Source: Terriglobia bacterium
Lineage (GTDB): Bacteria > Acidobacteriota > Terriglobia > Terriglobales > Acidobacteriaceae
DNA: 64,000 nucleotides
Direction of reading: 5' to 3'
NCBI GenBank assembly: GCA_963779255.1
Contig: CAVZXU010000025.1
Span: forward strand, 67 to 64,066
The position numbers were made by a program, and so were the translations under genes. The notes beneath the pieces were generated by a model that did no database searches, was not told where the DNA came from, and was given only the letters and a program-made list of their open reading frames with translations. Positions within the stretch are counted from its first letter, which is position 1, and each line of letters starts with the position of its first letter. Shown piece after piece: positions 19,184-30,057 of this stretch.

Positions 19184-21409
19184 ATGTCTGCTCGGCAGAC
19201 AATACGCCCTCGAGTGCCGGTGTTCATCGCCACGACGGTGATGCTAAGCTTCATTTCCTTCTGGCGTGCCGCGGCAATTGTGCTTTCCGACTTGGCATCA
19301 TCTGCGTACTACGCGGGAGGAGATGCGGAAAAGGTAATTGGAAAGAGCGCGCCTTGGTTCATTCTCGCAGTCATGCTTTTCAGCTATGCCGTTCGTGCGA
19401 TCTACATAGAGGCTAGCAGCATGTTCGTGCGAGGGGGGGTGTACCGCGTCGTGAGACAAGCTATGGGGAGCACCCTCGCCAAATTGTCAGTTTCGGCCCT
19501 CCTGTTCGACTACATTCTTACCGGCCCAATCAGCGCCGTAACAGCAGGCGAATATCTGGCGGGGTTCATCGAGGAGGTGGCGCACTATCTGAAACACCCG
19601 GTTCATTTTAACGAAAACTACTTTGCAGCCGCCTTCGGGATCTTGGCGGTTCTCTATTTTTGGTGGAAGAACCGGCAGGGCATCCATGAGTCCAGCGACA
19701 AAGCCCTGTGGATCATGAAGATTACCACCGTAATGGTTGTCATCCTCATTGTCTGGTCTCTGGCCACTCTCGCCAAGATCGGCATTCACCCCCCGCCCTT
19801 CCCCAGCCTTCACAACATGAAGCTGGATCACGAGTTTCTCGGCTGGCTTACGGGAAGCTCGTTAAGCCAACTCACTTGGATAGTGCTGCTGGTGGGGATG
19901 GGGCATTCCGTACTTGCCATGAGCGGCGAGGAAACCCTAGCCCAAGTCAACCGAGAGATCCAAAGTCCAAAGCTCCTGAACTTGAAGCGGGCCGGTTTGG
20001 TGATCTTCGTCTACAGTCTGGTCTTTACCTCATTCGTTTCGTTTCTGGCAGTGATGATCATACCGGATGCGGTGCGGCCAAATTTCTTCGCCAACCTCAT
20101 CGGGGGACTGGCTATGTATCTGGTCGGCCCGACCCCGGCGAAGTTAGTGTTTCACGCGTTTGTGGTGCTGGTAGGAGTGCTGATCCTTTCTGGGGCTGCC
20201 AATACTGCGATTTTGGGCGCAAATGGTGTTCTGAACCGCCTGAGCGAAAGCCGAGTGCTCACATCCTGGTTTCAACGCCCCCACCCAAAATACGGCACGA
20301 GTTATCGGACTATCAACCTCATCGTTCTGCTGCAAATCGCAACCATCGTTGGTAGCCGCGGGAATTTCTATCTGTTAGCCGCATTGTATGCATTTGGCGT
20401 TATCTGGAGTTTCGCGTTTAACGGCCTCGCAGTTCTGGTGTTGCGCTACACGCATCCGGAGAACCGGGAGTGGAAAGTTCCCGGCAATTTCAGGATTGCC
20501 GGACGCGAAATTCCGATCGGCTTGGGACTGATCACCATGCTTCTCTTCCTCATCGCGATCGCCAACCTGCTGACGAAGCAAGAGGCAACCATTGCTGGAG
20601 TTAGCTTCAGCGGCATTTTTTATGGAATCCTCACGGTCTCCGAACGTTACGCCAGGCGTGAGCAGGCCGGAGAGGCAGAAGCTCTGGAACAGTTTCGGGT
20701 GTTCGACAATCCGGAGCTTGATTACGGCTTAGTCGGTGTTCGCCCTGGAAATATTCTTGTGACAGTCCGACATCCGAATCGACTCCATCACTTGCAGAAA
20801 GTTTTGGTCCGAACGGACACCACCCTTCAGGATATTGTTGTCCTCAGCGTCAGACTCTCCCCACGTCTCCATTCATTCAGTGGCAGCACGACTTACGAGG
20901 CCAAAGACGTTTTTGACACCTACGAACAAGAGCTTTTCTCGAGAGTTGTGACGCTGGCTGAGAAAGAAGGCAAACACGTATCTCTATTGGTTGCGCCTGG
21001 AACCAATGTTTTCGATGCCACTATGATGACCGCCCAGCGACTAGACTCTTCGCGATTGGTCTCCGGTTTGTCCACAATACTGAGTACGGATGAACAAGCG
21101 AAGCTCACAGGAGATGCATGGGAGCGACTTCCGCAGCCTAAACCACGCCTCGTGCTGGAGGTCATTAGCCCAAATGGTGTCGGGCATGAATACCCACTCG
21201 GGCCGCATGAGCCTCGACTGCGCCCCAGCGATGTTGAACTGTTACACAAGATCTGGTTAGAGATTACTTCTAACCCGGAGTACGCCGGACTTCATCACTA
21301 CCATGTTGTCGCATTAGCTCTCGAGGAACTGGAACGCGAACTGGGCTCGGAAAGGCGAGAAGAATTGCTACGAGAGCTCCGTCGCGAAATGGGACGCTCG
21401 GAGCAGTAA
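19184..21409 (+). CDS. APC-superfamily amino acid permease with a cytoplasmic C-terminal USP-like extension
   Basis: ATG at 19184 follows GGAG. About 12 hydrophobic segments are present, then a ~270 aa soluble tail (ILVTVRHPNRLHHLQKVL..VSLLVAPGTNVFDATMMTAQRLDSSRLVSGLS). Confidence 0.8.
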   Translation: MSARQTIRPRVPVFIATTVMLSFISFWRAAAIVLSDLASSAYYAGGDAEKVIGKSAPWFILAVMLFSYAVRAIYIEASSMFVRGGVYRVVRQAMGSTLAKLSVSALLFDYILTGPISAVTAGEYLAGFIEEVAHYLKHPVHFNENYFAAAFGILAVLYFWWKNRQGIHESSDKALWIMKITTVMVVILIVWSLATLAKIGIHPPPFPSLHNMKLDHEFLGWLTGSSLSQLTWIVLLVGMGHSVLAMSGEETLAQVNREIQSPKLLNLKRAGLVIFVYSLVFTSFVSFLAVMIIPDAVRPNFFANLIGGLAMYLVGPTPAKLVFHAFVVLVGVLILSGAANTAILGANGVLNRLSESRVLTSWFQRPHPKYGTSYRTINLIVLLQIATIVGSRGNFYLLAALYAFGVIWSFAFNGLAVLVLRYTHPENREWKVPGNFRIAGREIPIGLGLITMLLFLIAIANLLTKQEATIAGVSFSGIFYGILTVSERYARREQAGEAEALEQFRVFDNPELDYGLVGVRPGNILVTVRHPNRLHHLQKVLVRTDTTLQDIVVLSVRLSPRLHSFSGSTTYEAKDVFDTYEQELFSRVVTLAEKEGKHVSLLVAPGTNVFDATMMTAQRLDSSRLVSGLSTILSTDEQAKLTGDAWERLPQPKPRLVLEVISPNGVGHEYPLGPHEPRLRPSDVELLHKIWLEITSNPEYAGLHHYHVVALALEELERELGSERREELLRELRREMGRSEQ

Positions 21410-21517
21410 CTGTTGATAACAGATGGGATGAGAAGGTCGATCCCCGATCACGGATGGCGTTAAGCTAGCGGTGATCAACGCACTCAACGTGCAATCACAT
21501 GAAAAAGGAGATCGACC

Positions 21518-21966
21518 TTGAAGAAGCATAGCAAGTCTTCGCAGCGGAGTGAACCAACCATGAAGCGGACGAAAGCGCGAGGTCCGGTGCAGCGAGATGC
21601 GAAAGAAGTACTCGCGGAAGTCCTGGGGAAGTTGACGGGAAAGCTGGATGGGCCGGCGGTGTCGACGAGCGCAAAAGAAAATCGTAGGGGAAACACAGTT
21701 GGCCCCAATCGAGATCGTCTGACGGTGGGAGTGGATCTGGGAGACCGCAGGAGTCAGTACTGCATTCTTGGTTTGGAGGGAGAAACGCTGGCCGAAGGAC
21801 AGTTGCGGACGACGCAGGAAGATGTCGGGGAGTTCTTCCGGGGGTTCACGAGGGCGCGGGTAGTCATCGAAGTAGGAACTCACTCGGCCTGGGTACAGGA
21901 CGTGATCACCGAGTTGGGGCACGAGGTGCTGGTAGCCAACCCGCGGTTAATGGAGGGGTCGAAGCG
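21518..21966 (+). mobile_element. IS110-family transposase, N-terminal (DEDD) fragment only
   Basis: LTVGVDLGDRRSQYCILGLEGETLAEGQLRTTQEDVGEFF..RVVIEVGTHSAWVQDVITELGHEVLVANPRLM. The homology stops at ..GSKRR, and the C-terminal half of the transposase is absent. Confidence 0.7.
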
Positions 21967-21995
21967 CCGCAGTGGCCTTCTCACTTCCAATCCAT

Positions 21996-22028
21996 AGGTC
22001 CCAGGTTCAAATCCTGGAGGACCCACCA
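21996..22028 (+). other. Orphan tRNA (or tmRNA) 3'-end fragment: T-arm, acceptor 3' strand and CCA
   Basis: aggtc CCAGG TTCAAAT CCTGG AGGACCC A CCA. No matching D-arm, anticodon arm or 5' acceptor strand lies upstream. Confidence 0.6.
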
Positions 22029-22076
22029 TCTTAAGCTTCGACGCTCCCACCCTGGCAAAGAGAGCAGACCATCGCG

Positions 22077-25000
22077 TTAGAAGTTGAACTTCACCGCCAA
22101 CTGCATCTCGCGCGGTCCAACCGATGTGTACGGTGATCTTCCCGAAGTTTTCATCGTCCACCGAAGTATCCGGCGTGCCAAACACGGGATGGTTGAACGC
22201 ATTTTGCGCCTCGATGCGAAACTCAAGGTTCATCTCCTCGCGAATCGAGAACTGCTTTCCCAAAGACAGATTGGCTGGTGAACGACCACGGGACTGCGGA
22301 GGCTTCCCAAGCGCGCGCGGAGCATTGCCCAGCGTGAAATCGGCCGGACGCTGGAAAACGTTGTTATCCACAAAGTAGTGGTCCACCCAATCCGTCCCAT
22401 GATTGCGCTTGGGCGTCCCCACGATGTTGGGTCGCTGCTGCCATAGGTCGGCAGAGAATTACCGTCTGCAACGGTGAAGGTCAGCGGCCGTCCATCGGCG
22501 ATGCGCCAGATGCCGTTCGTCTTCCATCCGCCAACGATCAGTCCGACCCAGCGCGGCATGTTGCCGAGCAAGGCCCGACCGCGCCCAAACGGCAGATCGT
22601 AGCTGTAGCTGAACTGAACGACATGCGGAATGTCGAAAGTGGAGAGGCTGCGCTCCAGCCGCGGCTTATTGGGATCCTGCAGACTGGAGAAGCTGCCCAG
22701 CCAAGTCACGTTGTCATCGGCCTGGGACGAGTCGTCAATCGATTTCGACCAAGTGTAGGTCACCAGGAACTGCAAGCCGTTCGAGTACCGCTTCTCGGCC
22801 AGCAACTGCAGCCCGTGATAAATGGAATTGGCAACGAGAAAAGGTTCCGTAGCAACCCCAGTGAACTGCGGATAGGGAAGCAACAACTGCGAGTACTGAA
22901 CTTGCGGGCTGGACAGAGTGCTGTTTGGGTCGGTGATGATTCGCAGCGAAGGGATTGATCTACGAAGCTATTGAGGCAAGTCGATAGTGATGATTTGGCA
23001 GGCTGGTTCGTGTCGGATCAGGACCCGTGATCGGCAGACTCTCCACCCACGGCCCCAGGTGGTTGAGCTGGTTGTAGCCGCTGAATGGAAGATGCGTTCC
23101 TTTCTTTCCGATGTATTCGGCGTTGATCACGATATTGCCGGGCAGTTCGCGCTCGAACCCGAGGCTCCAGCTCTGCTCGTTGGGAGTCCGGTTCGCCGCA
23201 GCGGTGCGCAGCGGGCCATTTGCGCCGAATCCCACATCGTTCATCAGGCCGAGCGAATTCCCCGCGGGTTGAATCAATCCGTTGGGGAACGGATTGCTCA
23301 AGTGCAAGTAAGGTGTGGCGCCATCGTTCTGATAGGTGGTGATCACGTTGGTGTATTGGTTGAATCCCCGGGACCCATAGGGAACGACGCCCGTGACGCC
23401 CGACCGCGACTGCCCGTAGTAAATCCCGTATCCTCCCCGCAGCACCGTATTCGGAACAAATTGGTAGGCAAAGCCCGAAGCGTGGTTGGAAATTGCTCCA
23501 GTCCGTCACGTAGTTTGTGCGTTGGCTTGGAGATGACAAAAACTTCGCCGCCATTCAGTGGAACAGTTACCGGCTGGTCGGTGACAGGATCAGTGTAGGT
23601 GAGGTTGCCGCCATTCAAGGGGCTCGTGCACGTTCGGATCAAACCAGTTCTGCCGGTTGTAGCGATCGGTGCGCGGCAAAGTAACGTCATAGCGCAAGCC
23701 CAGATTCAAAGTCAGTTTGGGATTGACCTTCCAGTTGTCCTGCGCGAAGAAGCCGTATTGGTAGTTTGTGGTGGCGGGCCGGGACTGGATTTCATAAGTA
23801 CGAGCCACAATTATTTCCGCCACAGTCCTGGGTAAGCTGGCCCATCATGAAACTGGCCATGGAGTCGCCGCCGCAGCGCGTCCGAATCCCTGCCGGGGCA
23901 GGCATCGGAACCGTCTGCATTGAAGGTGAAGAAGCCAACGGGGGCGTTGGTCTGGATGTAGTTGATCTGGTGGATCCGGCCGTCAAATCCAAACTTGATC
24001 TCGTGCGTGCCGTGCACCTTGTCGAGCGTGGTCGAAAGTTGTCCGGTGTCCTGGCCCAGCCGGTAGTTTCCGTAAGGATCGGTGCCGATGTTGGCATAAC
24101 CAGCACTCGGGTACTGATCGATAAAGATCGCTGGCACCCCCTTGAATCCGTTGCTCTGCAAGTACGAGGGGAATCCCAGATGTGCCGAGCGGATCGGTAA
24201 CGCCGTGAGGGTTGTAGGCGTCGATGTGCCATACCCCGCGGGTAAACCCGAGGGTTACGTTCAGCAACAGGCTTGGACTAAACGTGTGAGTGTCATTGAT
24301 GGCAAACAGGTGGGCATTGGTCCAACCGGGACCGCCCTGACAGGGATCGGTGAAGTTCTTGAAACAGTCAAGGCCCATGCCGTGGCTGTATTGATACGAG
24401 AACTTCACGCTCATCAGGTTCTTTTCGTTGAAGCGATGGTCGACCTTGATATCGAACTGGTCGTTGTAACTGTGGTTTGAGCCGGAGCCAAAAAGTTCTG
24501 GTAGATGTCTCTCCAGAAAAATTGGGCTCGGGAAACAGGCCCATCATCTTCTGCGCCACGGGATCGATCAGATTGCCTGGGACACCGGGAGCGGGTTGCA
24601 GACTCGCAGGAAGATTCGGACTGCCCGGGACTGGTGTAGTTCGCGATGTTGTTAAAGGGAATGAATGTGCTGCGCACGGCCCCGCCAGCGCCGGCGTCAT
24701 AAGTGGCCCGAGTACGGATCCCAGATCTGGCCGGCGGCCACGCTGCAAAGGCCAGTGCTGTCGAACGTTCCTCCCTGCGCCGCACATACCTCGCCGAAAT
24801 CACCCGCCCGCATGAGGTCTGTAGGAACTGCCCCGGACGCCGTGCTCAACCTCGAAGAGCGCAAGCCGTCATAGTCAAGAAGAAGAAGGTTTTGTTCTTG
24901 ATGATCGGGCCGCCGATGGTGACGCCGTAATTGTTGCGGCGCAGCGGCGGAATGGGCTGCGCCGGCCCGATTGGTGAACCAGTTGTTCGCATCGAGGCTG

Positions 25001-25805
25001 TCATCGCGGAAGAAGTCGTACACGCTGCCATGAAACTTGTTCGTGCCCGAGCGCGTGATCATGTTGACCACTGACGCTCCGGAAAATCCATATTCGGCGC
25101 TGAAGTTCGTCTGCTCCACCTTGAATTCTTCGATCGCTTCCGGCGACGGAACATAGGTCGCCGCCGTGATGCCGCCGTTGGGCTCAGAGTTCGTGACCGA
25201 AGCGCCATCGGTCAGAATGTCGGACGGTCGATCCGCGGCTGCCGTTGGAAACAAAATTCGTGCCCGTGCAGGTAGCGTCGCATTGGTCATCCATTTCGGT
25301 GACGCCGGGCGCCAGCGACGGTCAGCAGCGATCACGTTCGGTCAATCAACGGCAGGTCGTTGATGAACCTGCGATTGACCGACTGACCCGTCTCGGCATC
25401 CTCGGTCTGAATGGCCTGGGCTTGCGCCTCCACCTCGACGGTCTGGCTGGTGCCAGCGACCTTCAGGCTCAGGTTCGCCGTGACGTTCTGATTGATGTCG
25501 ACTTTGAACGCTGGCGCTGTGCCGCCTTGTCGAAACCTTTCGCTTCCGCTGAAATCGTATACACTCCCGGCGGGATCGAGCGAAACAGATATCGTCCGCT
25601 ACTATCGGAGGTCGTGTTAAACGAGAATCCTTTTTGCTGATCGGTACAGGACGACGCTGGCACCCTGCACCACGGCCCCGGTGGCATCCGTCAATTCGCC
25701 GCTGACTGTTCCGAAGTAGGCTTGGCCGAAAAGCAGGGCCGGCAGCCCGAGCGCCAGGCAAATCAGAACCACCAAGCACGATGACGACGCGGAAGGTTTA
25801 CGCAT
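22077..25805 (-). pseudogene. TonB-dependent receptor (CarboxypepD_reg + plug + barrel), heavily frameshifted (at least 10 frame changes)
   Basis: Signal peptide MRKPSASSSCLVVLICLALGLPALLFGQA and GTVSGELTDATGAVVQGASV. A plug region (EEFKVEQTNFSAEYGFSGASVVNMITRSGTNKFHGSVYDFFRDDSLDANNWF) and barrel segments are spread over ORFs 24697..25335, 23983..24414, 23811..24161, 22960..23445, 22230..22886 and 21880..22422. The C-terminus SVGPREMQLAVKFNF-stop is recoverable at 22077. Confidence 0.85.
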
Positions 25806-26395
25806 GACGGCCTCCAATGATCACTTCATTCGGGCCGGGTCAAGGGCCCGTGCGAGCACGGCAAAAGAAGCCTTATTAAACCGTTTCATTATCCATTCCG
25901 CGGGGCCGACGTCAAGTAACTTTTTCTACTATGCCGACACGTAGGCCCGTACTCTGAGAGTCGATGGTGGAACAGCGGCACTGCGGCAAGCCGTTGAGAA
26001 CGCCGCAGGCGCAACTCGTCGCGCAAAAAGGCGAAGGCTGCGTCCGGTATGATTTCATGAACCCGGCTAAAAACGGCACGTACGAGCACAAAGTTACCTA
26101 CGCCAAGAAGGTCAGCGACACGATGTTTGCCGCAAGCGGGACCTACCTGGTCCACGAGTAATCGGAGTCCTAGCCCCCCAGCGCTCTTTGGAGGTAACTC
26201 TTGCCGTGTGTGAGGATTTGCGCGTGCGGGTAGGGGCTCCTGTGCTTTCACGCCTTTCCTGTACGCAATTCCTCAAACTCGCCAGGAATTACCTCACGGC
26301 GGCTGGGATGCAATCGGAGTGAGAGTTAAAGCGGTAAAGAGCATTCGAGGGAACATGGCTCCCCAAAATGTTGTCGAATCGTTCCCTCGGGCGGT

Positions 26396-26896
26396 CTAGC
26401 CTGTCAAAAGGCCTCGGTAGATGTCAGCGGTCGCGGCATCAAAGCAAGCAAAGATCACCCGTTCAATTCCTCCGGTATGGCCCAGTATTTCGCCCACGGC
26501 AATCTTGGCCGCACGATGCGGAGGGAAACGGTAGATGCCAGTGCTGATAGCTGGGAATGCGATGCTTTTGACGTTTAGCTCAGTGGCGACTTCCAGAGAC
26601 CTGCGGTAACAGGAAGCCAGCAAGTCATCCTCACCGGCATTTCCGCCTCGCCATACAGGTCCAACGGTGTGAACGACGTACCACGCCGTTAGCTTGTAGC
26701 CTTTGGTCGCTTTAGCATCGCCAGTTCTGCAGCCACCCAGCAGACGACACTCCTCAAGGAGGTCAGGTCCAGCCGCCCGGTGAATCGCGCCGTCCACGCC
26801 GCCTCCCCCCAGCAGAGAGCTATTCGCCGCGTTGACGATTGCGTCCACCCGTAATTTTGTAATGTCGCCTGTGAATACTTCGATTTTCCTGTCCAT
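26396..26896 (-). CDS. Macro domain protein (O-acetyl-ADP-ribose deacetylase / YmdB-like)
   Basis: [35 protein letters not shown] .. [15 protein letters not shown]. The ATG at 26896 is chosen; a GTG at 26908 is possible. Confidence 0.85.
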   Translation of the reverse strand: MDRKIEVFTGDITKLRVDAIVNAANSSLLGGGGVDGAIHRAAGPDLLEECRLLGGCRTGDAKATKGYKLTAWYVVHTVGPVWRGGNAGEDDLLASCYRRSLEVATELNVKSIAFPAISTGIYRFPPHRAAKIAVGEILGHTGGIERVIFACFDAATADIYRGLLTG

Positions 26897-27129
26897 GTCC
26901 GCTGCCACGCCCGATCCCTAAGTCTATCTCTCCACGTCGAACATCACACCGCAAAGCCATCGGCCGAAATATCCCGTCAGGTGTCGAAAGCCCACGGTGG
27001 ATGCCCGTTAGGCTTTTCCCGCATGAACCCGTCACCGTGTTGCCGTAGGGCCTGCACTTTTTATCGTCTTTACGTCACCCAAACATTCCGCTAGACTCCT
27101 GCCGCATCAATTCACGGAGGTGAATCGGT

Positions 27130-27573
27130 ATGAAACAGCCTATTCAGTTCGCCGTTGCGGCACTCTGTCTCTCCTTGATGTCGGTCGCCTCGGCAGTCGC
27201 ACAAGACCAATACACTGAGGGAGGAGTCACTCGTGTCACCTTGGTCCAGATATTGCCCGGACATTTCAACGCGTTCATGGACGACCTGAAAACTAACATC
27301 AAGCCGATCTGGGAGGCGCAAAAGAAGGCGGGGCTGATTGAAAGCTACAACATCTTCCTCAACACAACGAAGGCGAACGCGGATGACTGGGATATTGGCT
27401 TCAGCCTCGGTTATAAGAACTTCGCAGCCCTCGACGGCCTAGCACAAAAAGTTCTTGATCTCCGTATGAAGCAGTATGGCGACAAGGGCAAGGAGCAACA
27501 GGTAATCGACAAGCGCGTGCAAAATGCACGTGTCATAACCAGTGTCCTCACACGTGAAATCACACTAAAGTAG
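27130..27573 (+). CDS. Secreted hypothetical protein
   Basis: GGAGG lies 8 nt upstream of the ATG. Signal peptide MKQPIQFAVAALCLSLMSVASAVAQ. I recognise no family. Confidence 0.6.
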   Translation: MKQPIQFAVAALCLSLMSVASAVAQDQYTEGGVTRVTLVQILPGHFNAFMDDLKTNIKPIWEAQKKAGLIESYNIFLNTTKANADDWDIGFSLGYKNFAALDGLAQKVLDLRMKQYGDKGKEQQVIDKRVQNARVITSVLTREITLK

Positions 27574-27693
27574 CTGACGGGCAGATCGTGGGTGTTTCGC
27601 AAGAACTCAGGCAGAACGTCGCTCGGAGTAGGCGCTGCTCGCCTTGAGTTCTGTGGGGCCTTGTACTGACACATCAACAACTTAAGAAAGGGG

Positions 27694-28203
27694 ATGGTCT
27701 CGATGGCTAACACGATTGAAGCGATTCCGGAGAAAATGAGGTGGGAGATTGCAACGAAAGGATTGACCGGGGCATACATTGCAATTTCTGACGCCTTAAA
27801 GCAGGCTGTAGGACAGAAGAAATTTGAGGAGTTCAATGGGCCGCTCTGGTATGAAGCAGGAAAGGGAGCGAAGGAATTTGCCGATACCCTCGGATTACCC
27901 ACTGAGAGCGCCAGTGATGTCGAGGGGATTACACATCTCCTTGCTCAAAGTTCAATGGGGCCGGAGTTTGTGTTCGAAATTGTTGAATCTACCAAAGACA
28001 GATGTGTGGGAAAGACTACTCAGTGTCCTTGGCACAAGAGATGGAAGGAGCAAGGCGTCGACTTTGATACTTGCGGCGCAGGGCATCAAGCATGGGGTGC
28101 TGGAGCTGTCGGAAGTTTAAACCCAAATTTTACTTTCAGACTTACCAAGAATATGGTCCGTGGCGACTCGCATTGCGAGTGGGTAGTAGAGCGGAAGAAG
28201 TAG
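27694..28203 (+). CDS. Hypothetical protein, possibly of the L-2-amino-thiazoline-4-carboxylic acid hydrolase-like family
   Basis: ATG follows AAAGGGG. The Cys-rich C-terminal block QCPWHKRW..DTCGAGHQAWGAGA..GDSHCEWVVERK resembles that family. The assignment is from memory only. Confidence 0.5.
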   Translation: MVSMANTIEAIPEKMRWEIATKGLTGAYIAISDALKQAVGQKKFEEFNGPLWYEAGKGAKEFADTLGLPTESASDVEGITHLLAQSSMGPEFVFEIVESTKDRCVGKTTQCPWHKRWKEQGVDFDTCGAGHQAWGAGAVGSLNPNFTFRLTKNMVRGDSHCEWVVERKK

Positions 28204-28236
28204 AGGCCAAAAGGAACGATTACGGTTTGTAGGTGC

Positions 28237-28270
28237 AAGGGCGATCTCTCGGGGTCGCCCTTTGCGTTTC
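28237..28270 (+). terminator. Candidate rho-independent terminator
   Basis: AAGGGCGA-tctctcgggg-TCGCCCTT, followed by TGCGTTTC, 34 nt after the stop at 28203. Confidence 0.5.
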
Positions 28271-28910
28271 TAAGCCGGGCTACGGTGCACTGGTGCACTA
28301 TGCTGCAACCCCCGCCTTTCGCTTGATCTCGGGCTTCCACACTAAGGTGGCGACTTGCACTGGTTTCCCGATGTTGTGGTTCCGGAATGCGGAGGGTCAG
28401 AATCTCCGGAACTCGCAGATGTGAATCAAGGCCGATTTTCATCTGACCGCGCACGATGATTGACGAAATCAGGCGTTTACACCAACAATCCCGCTTGGGC
28501 GGGATCGGCCCGAGGGGTTGTGAGTGTAATCGCGATGTTAAGTTTTCCACAGACTAATACAAAAAATATGCGAATTGTGATCCCCGTCACTGCAATCCCG
28601 AACCGGGAGGAATAGTCTGCAAACTGTCGACGGCTGAAAAGGTTGGTTTAAGTAAGATTGGACTGATCTGAAGTAGGCCGGGTGATCCGCTTGGCGAGGC
28701 AACTTGTCAAGCCACCAAACCCGAAAAAACCGACTGACTCTGTGAGGAGCAGCTGGGGTTTGGAACCGCGAAAGCGGTGATTACATCAGGGGCTGCGGTG
28801 GTGCACGCATCCACGTTGTCGGCTCTCTCGCAAGAGCTGATGGCTAGAGCGTAACCCATGCCGCAGCTTTTCTCTTTTCCCTAACCCCGATGGCGGCGTG
28901 GATAAGGTAA

Positions 28911-29153
28911 TTGACTCCATTCTTTCACCGGGCATATGTTCCATCCGAAAGGAGTCTCCCCATAAATCCAGATCACCCTAAGAAATCGCCAGCCACCGTG
29001 ACCAAAGAACCGCAGGAGCTCGAAGTGCAGATTCGCTTACGCGCCTACGAACTGTATGAGTCACGCGGCCGGGAAGACGGCCACGATCTCGACGACTGGC
29101 TCCAAGCAGAAACAGAACTCACGGAAAAGAAGGTCCGCTTCATCGCCGCCTAA
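28911..29153 (+). CDS. DUF2934-like small protein; the start is uncertain
   Basis: IRLRAYELYESRGREDGHDLDDWLQAETEL is the characteristic DUF2934 core. Confidence 0.6.
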   Translation: MTPFFHRAYVPSERSLPINPDHPKKSPATVTKEPQELEVQIRLRAYELYESRGREDGHDLDDWLQAETELTEKKVRFIAA

Positions 29154-29257
29154 TACTACCTGTGCCCAAAGCAACCTGGCCCCGTCCTCCTCGGGGACTT
29201 TTTTATGCGAGTGAGGCAGGCCCCGGACACGCTCCGGGGCATTTTGCATGTACGGGC

Positions 29258-29473
29258 CTACCCCTGGCTCTCGTCGGCGTCACCTTCTGATCCGCCAAAA
29301 AAAGCCATGGCCGCATCATTTTGAATATCCTGCGGGCGATCTACGACGGTAACAACTTCGCGACTGGTACAAATGGCCTCGCCCGCGAGGATGTGCCGAG
29401 CGGTCTCTTCCAAGTCACTCTCCGCCGGATTCCCATCACACCAGATCTCCAACCGAACCTTGAAATACGTCAT
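29258..29473 (-). CDS. Small acidic hypothetical protein (71 aa)
   Basis: ATG at 29473 has a strong GGAAGGAGGGG upstream. The gene is last in an apparent three-gene minus-strand operon. Confidence 0.55.
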   Translation of the reverse strand: MTYFKVRLEIWCDGNPAESDLEETARHILAGEAICTSREVVTVVDRPQDIQNDAAMAFFGGSEGDADESQG

Positions 29474-29528
29474 AACCCCTCCTTCCGGCAATAGTAATAG
29501 TAAGTGGAGTCCTGCGACTCCCTTATTC

Positions 29529-30014
29529 TTATCGTTTGTACCCAATCTTCCGGAGAAACTCTTTCCGCGCGCTGATCTCCGCCGGACCTTCGATCCCCTT
29601 CGGCGAGCTGCCGTCAATGACGCCCATTACACCGCGTCCCTGTTCCGTTCTCGCAACGATCACTTCCACCGGGTTGGCGGTCGCGCAAAAAATTGAACAG
29701 ACCTCGGGGATGTTCTGCACCACATTCAGCAGGTTTATGGGATACGCGTTACGCAGGATGAGAACGAATACGTGCCCGGCGCCCACAGCCAGGGCGTTGG
29801 CAATGGCGGCGTTCCGCAGCTCATCATCATTGCCCTCTGCTCGGGTCAGGCATGGGCCGGAGGCCTCGTTGAACGCCAGCCCAAACTTGGCTTGTGGCAC
29901 GGTATTCACCACCGCCTCGTACATGTCCTCCGCAGTCTTGATGAAGTGTGTCTGACCGACAATGATGTTGGTGTCTTCGGGAAATTTCATCCGGACAGAT
30001 TCAAGCTCGATCAT
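29529..30014 (-). CDS. Adenosine-specific kinase family (PF04008/DUF355-like) protein
   Basis: ATG at 30014 follows GGAGA. IIVGQTHFIKTAEDMYEAVV..KFGLAFNEASGPCLTRAEGNDDEL..VFVLILRNAYPINLLN..CSIFCATANPVEVIV..GRGVMGVIDG. Confidence 0.65.
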   Translation of the reverse strand: MIELESVRMKFPEDTNIIVGQTHFIKTAEDMYEAVVNTVPQAKFGLAFNEASGPCLTRAEGNDDELRNAAIANALAVGAGHVFVLILRNAYPINLLNVVQNIPEVCSIFCATANPVEVIVARTEQGRGVMGVIDGSSPKGIEGPAEISARKEFLRKIGYKR

Positions 30015-30057
30015 AGAAGTCTCCAGCGCGGCGAAATGCCTGCCATCATAGCGCGGT

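Noticed and set aside
21953-22028. A complete tRNA gene at the IS110 / TonB receptor junction
   Set aside because: Only the T-arm, the 3' acceptor strand and CCA can be folded. The upstream 45 nt provide no complementary 5' acceptor strand, D-arm or anticodon stem.
25964-26161. A 65 aa ORF resembling the end of a Cache-type sensor domain (..GEGCVRYDFMNPAKNGTYEHKVTYAKKV..GTYLV)
   Set aside because: It is too short, has no start context or signal peptide, and the upstream part is out of frame. It is probably a gene fragment, but I cannot support a call.
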